From a virus (taxonomy: Duplodnaviria; Heunggongvirae; Uroviricota; Caudoviricetes), in IMG/VR virus record IMGVR_UViG_3300012275_000032, positions 1-13,955 of that record: 13,955 bases of DNA, one strand, 5' to 3'. Positions 6,821 through 13,955 of the stretch are shown here, one piece after another. The notes under the pieces were generated by a model, which had not been told where the DNA came from, did no database searches, and saw only the letters and a program-made list of their open reading frames with translations. How positions within the stretch are numbered: position 1 is the stretch's first letter; each line of letters begins with the position of its first letter. A program made the position numbers and the translations under genes.

Positions 6821-7977
6821 CAATCAGGAAACACCGCCAGGGCGAAACGATCAATATAACTTTCACCTACAAAGGAGTTAGATGTCGTGAGCCTCTTTCC
6901 AATCTGGAAGTAACACCAAAGAACATTAAATACGCCGAGCGCACACTCGGCGAAATTCATAATAAGATCGAAAGGGGAACATTCATTTATGCGGAATATT
7001 TTCCCCGTTCTGCTCGTTTGAAAATTTTTGGTAATGCTGCTGCAGGCAAAACGGTAAAAATGTACCTGGACGAATACCTTGAAATCTGCGAAACGAGAAA
7101 ACTTTCACCATCTACGATTGGTGGTTATAAAAAATGCCGTAGTGCGTTAGCCTCACTCCACATTTGCCCTGCAAGTGAATTAACACCAGCAATCCTGAAA
7201 GCGTGGATTCAAAGCCAAAAAACGACCTTAAAAACCATTCGCAACCAGTTATCTTTCCTGCGGTCAGCACTTGATGAAGCCGTAACCGATGGGGTACTTC
7301 AAATTAATCCCGTATCGTTAGTAACTGCTTCGCGCTACCAAAGTGATAAGTCAGAAGCAGAAAGCAGCTACGTGGTTGATCCGCTATCACCAGCAGAAGT
7401 TGATGCATTACTAGCAGCAGCCGGAAACAAACAATGGGAGAATCTGTTCCGGTTTGCTATACATACGGGCCTGCGTAGTTCTGAATTATGTGCCCTTCGA
7501 TGGCGTGATATCGACTTTGTTGGAAAAACTGCCCATGTCCAGAGCGCAAGTGTTGTCGGTGTTATCAAAGGAACAAAGACAAAAGCCGGTACTCGTAAAG
7601 TTGAACTGACAGAAGAGGCAATGTTGGCGCTGATAAACCAGAAGCCATTTACATTCATGAAGGATGCTACTGTCTTTGAAGATCCAAAGACCAATAAGCC
7701 TTGGGCAAGTGCTGATGCAATCAGGAAAAAAGCATGGGTGCCAACATTGCGAAAAGCAGGTATTCGTTACAGAAACCCATATCAAACCAGGCATACATTC
7801 GCCACCAGCCATATCAGCCGAGGAGCAAACCTGTTTTGGCTTGCAGCTCAAATGGGGCATAAAGGGCCGGAAATGCTTTTCAGGCATTATGGTTCGTATC
7901 TCGTAGACTATGATGGCAAGACAGCTTGTAAGGACCAAGTATCAAAAAATCCGGAGAACATGAAAATTGAGAAGTAA
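6781..7977 (+). CDS. Tyrosine site-specific integrase (lambda family, with N-terminal arm-binding domain), 398 aa
   Basis: N-terminus LPRGVTIRKH...FTYKGVRCREPL resembles the arm-binding (DUF3596-type) domain. Catalytic motifs present: TGLRSSEL (Arg), KTKAG (Lys), RHTFATSH (His-x-x-Arg), GH...FRHYGSY (His, Tyr). GAGG Shine-Dalgarno upstream. Confidence 0.9.
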   Translation: MGQTKLLKLPRGVTIRKHRQGETINITFTYKGVRCREPLSNLEVTPKNIKYAERTLGEIHNKIERGTFIYAEYFPRSARLKIFGNAAAGKTVKMYLDEYLEICETRKLSPSTIGGYKKCRSALASLHICPASELTPAILKAWIQSQKTTLKTIRNQLSFLRSALDEAVTDGVLQINPVSLVTASRYQSDKSEAESSYVVDPLSPAEVDALLAAAGNKQWENLFRFAIHTGLRSSELCALRWRDIDFVGKTAHVQSASVVGVIKGTKTKAGTRKVELTEEAMLALINQKPFTFMKDATVFEDPKTNKPWASADAIRKKAWVPTLRKAGIRYRNPYQTRHTFATSHISRGANLFWLAAQMGHKGPEMLFRHYGSYLVDYDGKTACKDQVSKNPENMKIEK

Positions 7978-8080
7978 AACGCCCGATAGCACTAGCCCCC
8001 CTTCGCAAAACAGTAAAGCTTACAAGAATGTTAGCAGGATGATGAGGATAGTGTACAATGGTTTTAGTGTGCATTAAATG

Positions 8081-8120
8081 CAAAGATTTGACGTTTTTTG
8101 TCAAATTTGTGCTATAAAAT
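8081..8120 (+). promoter_or_regulatory. Promoter with extended -10 and overlapping dyad symmetry, upstream of the defence gene pair
   Basis: TGcTATAAA extended -10 (8110-8118). TTGACG (8088-8093) is a -35-like hexamer at non-optimal spacing. Imperfect inverted repeat CAAAGATTTGAC-N7-GTCAAATTTGTG (8081-8111). AAGGG Shine-Dalgarno before the ATG at 8168. Confidence 0.45.
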
Positions 8121-8167
8121 CACTTTTAGTGGTTTTTAAGCTATGGGAAGTTAAAAGGGTATAAATT

Positions 8168-9433
8168 ATGTTGATTGAGTTTACAGTACAAAACTATAAA
8201 TCTATTTCAGAGAAACAAACACTGAGTTTAGTTGCATCAAAACTTAACGATTTGCCTAATAATCTGTTCAGTATTGATGAACCTAAATCTCTTGAATTGC
8301 TTAAAAGTGCTGTGATTTATGGCCCTAATGCTGCCGGAAAATCAAACATTATTAACGCTATTACAACTATGGCTGAACTTATTGTCCGGTCTGCTACAGG
8401 TTATAAAAGTGGTGATAAACTTGATATCACGCCTTTTAGACTAGACTCAAAGAAGATTAATCAACCATCTGAATTTGAAATTAACTTTATTTCCGAAGGC
8501 ATCAGATACCAGTATGGTTTTTCTGCAACAGAAGATTTTATTCACGACGAATGGTTATTTGCATTCCCCAAAGGCAGACCACAAAAATGGTTTTTACGTC
8601 TATGGGATGAAGAAAAACAAACCCATGAATGGGAGTTGGGGCCATCGTTGACAGGAGAAAAACAAACATGGTTGAAATCAACTAGGCCTAATGCGCTCTT
8701 TCTTTCTACAGCGGTACAATTAAACAGTGTACAACTAAAACCTGTATACGATTGGTTTTATTACAAAGTTAAATTTACTGAATTAACAGGTTGGGATAGT
8801 GATTACAGTGCAAAGCAATGCTTAAATGATAAGAAAGATGAGATTCTCAATTTTTTAAAAGCTGCCGATGTAGGTATTGATGACATTCATGTAACAAAAG
8901 AAAAATTCAATCCCAATGCTCTTCCTGATGATATGCCTGCAGCCATCAAGGAACTAGTGATTAAGAATATGCAAGGCAAGGAAGAATATGTCATTAAAAC
9001 ACTTCATAATAATGAGGATGGAGAGCCAATTCCATTCGATTTAAAAGATGAATCGCATGGAACTAGAAAAATCTTTAGTTTCGCGGGTCCCTTATCACAT
9101 TCACTCGAGACAGGAAACATCCTGTTTATTGATGAATTAAATGATAACTTACACCCCAAATTAGTTGAGTTTATTGTAGGTTTGTTTCACGATAAAAATA
9201 TCAATAAGAATGGTGCCCAGTTAATCTTTACAACTCATGAGACGTCTATTTTAAATCAAGATGTTTTCAGACGAGATCAGATTTGGTTTGTAGAAAAAGA
9301 CAATTCAAAGCAAACAAATCTTTTCCCACTTACGGATTTTAGTCCAAGAAAAGGAAGGGAGAATTTAGAAGCTTCTTATCTTGACGGTAGATATGGGGCT
9401 TTACCACTCATTGGGAAATGGGAGAGATATTAA
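8168..9433 (+). CDS. ABC/AAA_21-type ATPase of a two-gene defence module (AbiLi / AriA / OLD-N-terminal-like), 421 aa
   Basis: Walker A GPNAAGKS (nt 8321-8344), Walker B ILFIDELNDNLHP, H-loop-like IFTTHE. AT-rich codon usage. Stop TAA (9431-9433) overlaps the partner ATG. Confidence 0.85.
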   Translation: MLIEFTVQNYKSISEKQTLSLVASKLNDLPNNLFSIDEPKSLELLKSAVIYGPNAAGKSNIINAITTMAELIVRSATGYKSGDKLDITPFRLDSKKINQPSEFEINFISEGIRYQYGFSATEDFIHDEWLFAFPKGRPQKWFLRLWDEEKQTHEWELGPSLTGEKQTWLKSTRPNALFLSTAVQLNSVQLKPVYDWFYYKVKFTELTGWDSDYSAKQCLNDKKDEILNFLKAADVGIDDIHVTKEKFNPNALPDDMPAAIKELVIKNMQGKEEYVIKTLHNNEDGEPIPFDLKDESHGTRKIFSFAGPLSHSLETGNILFIDELNDNLHPKLVEFIVGLFHDKNINKNGAQLIFTTHETSILNQDVFRRDQIWFVEKDNSKQTNLFPLTDFSPRKGRENLEASYLDGRYGALPLIGKWERY

Positions 9434-10119
9434 TGGGAAGCGAAGATCTGTTCAAAAAAAGAAAGGCTCGGCGTAATAATGAATTCAAACGAGTTAGTAA
9501 AGCACGAGCTCAAATGAAGAAAATTCTTATCGTCTGTGAGGGAGAGAAGACTGAGCCCGCATATTTTACAGATTTTATAAAACATTGCCGTATAAGCACG
9601 GCAAGCATAGTTGAGATTTCTGGAGAGTGCGGCTCAAGCCCTATGAATGTGGTATCTTGGGCAAAAGAAAAATATAATACGGAAAAAAAAAGGAGCGACC
9701 CTTATGATAAGGTTTATTGTGTCTTTGATAGAGACGCTCACCCTAACTATGATGAAGCTCTTAGCAGGATTAATTCCTTAAATCCAAAAGGGATTTTTGT
9801 TGCTATAACTTCCATACCATGTTTCGAGTACTGGCTGATACTACATTTTGGATACACCCGAAAATCATTTTCACCTCAGAAAGGCAAAAGTGAAGGCGCA
9901 CAAATGCTAGCTGAGTTAAAAAAATACATGCCAGATTATGAGAAAAAGGCATCAGGTGTATTTAATAAATTGCAAGATCGGCTCGATACGGCATTAATCA
10001 ATGCTAAAAGAGTCGAAGATGCCGCCAAAAAAGACGGTTCGATAAATCCTTCAACTAAAGTTGGCGCTTTGATTACAGATCTAATTAACATTCGTGATGA
10101 CTTTGAAAATGAGAAGTAA
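9433..10119 (+). CDS. RloB-like / Toprim-like partner protein (AbiLii-like), 228 aa from the ATG at 9433 (the ORF track begins at 9418)
   Basis: TAATG stop-start overlap with the ATPase gene and GGGAG Shine-Dalgarno (9419-9425). Basic N-terminal tail, then ILIVCEGEKTEPAYF (Toprim Glu, nt about 9526-9570) and a downstream FDRDAH (DxD) motif, the RloB-family signature as recalled. Confidence 0.8.
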   Translation: MGSEDLFKKRKARRNNEFKRVSKARAQMKKILIVCEGEKTEPAYFTDFIKHCRISTASIVEISGECGSSPMNVVSWAKEKYNTEKKRSDPYDKVYCVFDRDAHPNYDEALSRINSLNPKGIFVAITSIPCFEYWLILHFGYTRKSFSPQKGKSEGAQMLAELKKYMPDYEKKASGVFNKLQDRLDTALINAKRVEDAAKKDGSINPSTKVGALITDLINIRDDFENEK

Positions 10120-10244
10120 AAATAACATGTCATGATGTAGCGACGGCAGCATGTTTAAGTTCAAATGGCAAAGTGTACGCGAAGTATACGCGGATCAAAA
10201 ACAATAGAAAAAACGTATATTTTACAAAAGATTATATAAATTTT

Positions 10245-10266
10245 GACGCGGGTTCAACTCCCGCCA
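10245..10266 (+). other. Partial copy of the tmRNA (ssrA) 3' end: prophage/island att core (attR-like boundary)
   Basis: GACGCGGGTTCAACTCCCGCCAGC matches the T-arm and 3' acceptor strand of E. coli tmRNA (recalled as ...GGACGCGGGTTCAACTCCCGCCAGCTCCACCA). It then diverges (CCCCAATCA), and no tmRNA body lies upstream. Confidence 0.7.
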
Positions 10267-10400
10267 GCCCCCAATCATGATTGGACGGTGTAAGGACTAC
10301 ACCAACAAAAACAGGAAGTTATAAGTCTCAGCAGGACACCGACCAGACGGTGAGGAGACAAAAAAGGATACGCAACGGAGTCGCGACTCCCTATGACATT

Positions 10401-10427
10401 AAAGCCCGCTGATGCGGGCTTTTTTAT
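10401..10427 (+). terminator. Intrinsic terminator about 140 bp downstream of the att copy
   Basis: Stem AGCCCGC (10403-10409), loop TGAT, stem GCGGGCT (10414-10420), followed by TTTTTTATT. Confidence 0.6.
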
Positions 10428-10856
10428 TGGTCCTGACCCGCCCTGAATAGAATTCATCCAATTACAGTCCAGACATATACAGTATCCCTCAGCTCAGTAT
10501 CAGCTTCTCGACAAATGGTCACTGTTATTTACCCGTTGCCAGAAAGAGAATAATTTGCCCCCATAGCCAGCCTTCCCGGAATCTGTATATTCATTAATAT
10601 TGTTATCGATTCCATCAAGTAACATAGGTTGGATGCGATTGATCTTACTCACATTAGTCGACACGGAACTCAGTAAGTTGAACTCTGAAAAAGCAGTTTA
10701 AATAGCATTTAAACAAATGCCACCAGTTCGAAAAAGAGTATAAGCACACTTAATATATTGTTTTAATTATTCATTTCCTTTCAACCCAATTCTTATCCCT
10801 CACATTATTTGTTATTAATTTGTTGTTTTTGATCACAATAAGAAAACAATATGTAA

Positions 10857-11895
<1,039 letters not shown>

Positions 11896-11914
11896 GCGCA
11901 AAGGAATTGAGCGG

Positions 11915-13183
11915 ATGTATGATTTTGTGATTATTGGCGGCGGCATCATCGGCATGTCGACCGCCATGCAACTGATTGATGTTTATCCGGATGCCCGCAT
12001 TGCGTTGCTGGAAAAAGAGTCCGGCCCTGCCTGTCACCAGACGGGCCACAACAGCGGCGTGATCCATGCCGGAGTCTATTACACGCCCGGTAGCCTGAAG
12101 ACGCAGTTTTGCCTGGCGGGGAACCGCGCCACTAAAGTCTTTTGCGATCAAAACGGCATTCGCTACGACAACTGCGGCAAGATGCTGGTCGCCACGTCTG
12201 AACTCGAAATGGAACGGATGCATGCGTTATGGAAACGCACGGCGGCGAACGGGATCGAGCGCGAGAGGTTAAATGCCGAGGAGCTGCGCGAGCGTGAACC
12301 GAATATCACCGGGCTTGGCGGCATTTTTGTGCCGTCCAGCGGCATCGTCAGCTATCGCGAAGTGACGGCGGCGATGGCGAAAATTTTCCAGGCCAGAGGT
12401 GGTGAGATTATTTATAACGCCGAAGTCAGCGCCCTCAGTGAGCATAAAAACGGCGTGGTGATACGTACCCGTCAGGGCGGTGAATATGAAGCATCGACGC
12501 TGATTAGTTGTTCCGGGCTGATGGCTGACCGGCTGGTGAAAATGCTCGGCCTCGAACCGGGCTTTATTATCTGCCCGTTCCGCGGCGAGTATTTCCGCCT
12601 TGCGCCAGAGCATAACCAGATTGTTAACCAGCTGATTTACCCCATTCCCGACCCGGCAATGCCGTTTTTGGGCGTGCATCTCACCCGCATGATCGACGGC
12701 AGCGTGACCGTCGGGCCAAACGCGGTGCTGGCTTTCAAACGCGAAGGCTACCGCAAGCGCGACTTCTCATTTAGTGACACGCTAGAGATTTTAGGCTCGT
12801 CGGGGATTCGCCGGGTGCTGCAAAACCATCTACGCTCAGGACTGGGCGAGATGAAAAACTCGCTGTGCAAAAGCGGCTATCTGCGGCTGGTGCAAAAGTA
12901 TTGTCCCCGGCTTTCGTTAAGCGATCTCCAGCCCTGGCCCCCCGGTGTGCGGGCGCAGGCGGTATCGCCGGACGGCAAACTGATTGACGATTTTCTGTTT
13001 GTCACCACCCCGCGCACGATCCACACCTGTAATGCGCCCTCCCCGGCAGCGACATCAGCAATTCCTATTGGTGCGCATATTGTCAGCAAGGTACAAACGC
13101 TGTTGGCAAGCCAGAGTAACCCCGGACGCACGCTGCGAGCGGCACGTAGTGTGGATGCCTTACACGCCGCATTTTATCAATAA
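11915..13183 (+). CDS. lhgO: L-2-hydroxyglutarate oxidase/dehydrogenase (LhgO, also called YgaF or LhgD), 422 aa
   Basis: FAD-binding N-terminus MYDFVIIGGGIIGMSTA (GxGxxG). AAGGAA Shine-Dalgarno at 11901-11906. The track ORF starts further upstream at 11849, but the conserved start is the ATG at 11915. Lies between csiD and gabD as in E. coli. Confidence 0.9.
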   Translation: MYDFVIIGGGIIGMSTAMQLIDVYPDARIALLEKESGPACHQTGHNSGVIHAGVYYTPGSLKTQFCLAGNRATKVFCDQNGIRYDNCGKMLVATSELEMERMHALWKRTAANGIERERLNAEELREREPNITGLGGIFVPSSGIVSYREVTAAMAKIFQARGGEIIYNAEVSALSEHKNGVVIRTRQGGEYEASTLISCSGLMADRLVKMLGLEPGFIICPFRGEYFRLAPEHNQIVNQLIYPIPDPAMPFLGVHLTRMIDGSVTVGPNAVLAFKREGYRKRDFSFSDTLEILGSSGIRRVLQNHLRSGLGEMKNSLCKSGYLRLVQKYCPRLSLSDLQPWPPGVRAQAVSPDGKLIDDFLFVTTPRTIHTCNAPSPAATSAIPIGAHIVSKVQTLLASQSNPGRTLRAARSVDALHAAFYQ

Positions 13184-13205
13184 CCTTTGAAAACAGGATG
13201 TAGCG

Positions 13206-13955
13206 ATGAAACTTAACGACAGTAACTTATTCCGCCAGCAGGCGTTGATTAACGGGGAATGGCTGGACGCCAACAATGGCGAGGTCATCGACGTCACCAA
13301 TCCGGCGAACGGCGACAAGCTGGGTAGCGTGCCGAAAATGGGCGCTGATGAAACCCGCGCCGCTATCGACGCCGCCAACCGCGCCCTGCCCGCCTGGCGT
13401 GCGCTCACTGCCAAAGAACGCGCCAACATTCTGCGCAACTGGTTCAATTTAATGATGGAGCATCAGGACGATTTAGCGCGCCTGATGACCCTCGAACAGG
13501 GCAAACCACTGGCTGAAGCGAAAGGCGAAATCAGCTACGCCGCCTCATTTATTGAGTGGTTTGCCGAAGAAGGCAAACGTATTTATGGCGACACCATTCC
13601 CGGTCATCAGGCCGATAAACGCCTGATTGTTATCAAGCAGCCGATTGGCGTCACCGCGGCTATCACGCCGTGGAACTTCCCGGCGGCGATGATTACCCGT
13701 AAAGCCGGTCCGGCGCTGGCGGCAGGCTGCACGATGGTGCTGAAGCCCGCCAGTCAGACGCCGTTCTCTGCGCTGGCGCTGGCAGAACTGGCGATTCGCG
13801 CGGGCGTTCCGGCTGGCGTGTTTAACGTGGTCACCGGTTCGGCGGGCGCGGTCGGTAACGAACTGACCAGCAACCCGCTGGTGCGCAAGCTGTCGTTTAC
13901 CGGCTCGACCGAAATTGGCCGTCAGTTAATGGAACAGTGCGCGAAAGACATCAAA
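13206..13955 (+). CDS. gabD: Succinate-semialdehyde dehydrogenase GabD, 5' portion (continues beyond the window end)
   Basis: MKLNDSNLFRQQALINGEWLDANNGE... with the aldehyde dehydrogenase motif region (ITPWNFP, FTGSTEIG). No stop codon before the window end. Sits immediately downstream of lhgO. Confidence 0.9.
   Translation, partial: MKLNDSNLFRQQALINGEWLDANNGEVIDVTNPANGDKLGSVPKMGADETRAAIDAANRALPAWRALTAKERANILRNWFNLMMEHQDDLARLMTLEQGKPLAEAKGEISYAASFIEWFAEEGKRIYGDTIPGHQADKRLIVIKQPIGVTAAITPWNFPAAMITRKAGPALAAGCTMVLKPASQTPFSALALAELAIRAGVPAGVFNVVTGSAGAVGNELTSNPLVRKLSFTGSTEIGRQLMEQCAKDIK

Larger units (their letters stand above)
1..10266. mobile_element. Right-hand portion of a lambdoid-type cryptic prophage/genomic island in the ssrA hotspot upstream of csiD; left boundary lies outside the window
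   Basis: Contiguous phage-type genes (cI/cro/cII-like switch, Rha-like, YfdQRST-like block, xis, tyrosine integrase) ending at a 22-nt copy of the tmRNA 3' end; core genes csiD-lhgO-gabD follow. The cargo genes are visibly more AT-rich than the core genes. Confidence 0.7.

Noticed and set aside
7368-8104. Track ORFs 7368-7694(-), 7486-7938(-), 7664-7906(+), 7880-8104(-)
   Set aside because: Overlap the integrase gene in antisense or alternative frames; the integrase frame carries the catalytic motifs.
10245-10266. A complete tRNA or tmRNA gene
   Set aside because: Only the T-arm and acceptor 3' strand are present; there is no D-arm, anticodon arm or tmRNA body upstream.
9936-10457. Track ORFs 9936-10133(-) and 10275-10457(-)
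   Set aside because: The first is antisense to the RloB-like gene. The second spans the att copy and the terminator hairpin with no coding signal.
10800-10850. A full cAMP-CRP site (TGTGA-N6-TCACA) near 10820-10837
   Set aside because: Only the TCACA half-site matches; the left half matches at 2 of 5 positions. Not called as a feature.

Overview
Read by eye from sequence and the ORF track only; no searches were run. The window looks like Escherichia coli and splits into two parts. (1) About 1-10266 is the right-hand part of a lambdoid-type cryptic prophage or island that ends at a partial copy of the tmRNA (ssrA) 3' end at 10245-10266. On the minus strand it carries a cro-like HTH gene, a CII-like gene, a Rha-domain ORF and a small coupled ORF. 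On the plus strand it carries a CI-like repressor (HTH plus S24 peptidase) with operator-like repeats on both sides, a GC-rich highly structured non-coding stretch, a YfdQ/YfdR/YfdS/YfdT-like block (the YfdR-like gene broken by an in-frame amber codon, the YfdT-like gene carrying a G8 tract), and an overlapping excisionase-integrase pair. (2) From about 10270 the core chromosome resumes with csiD(glaH)-lhgO-gabD (gabD runs off the window end). The most interesting element is an AT-rich two-gene cargo between the integrase and the att copy (8168-10119): an ABC/AAA_21-type ATPase translationally coupled (TAATG) to an RloB/Toprim-like protein, with its own promoter. This is a split OLD-like, AbiL/PARIS-like candidate anti-phage system. 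Two runs of 10 N (4290-4299, 11687-11696) are assembly or masking gaps that break reading frames. No rRNA, complete tRNA, CRISPR array or IS element was found.
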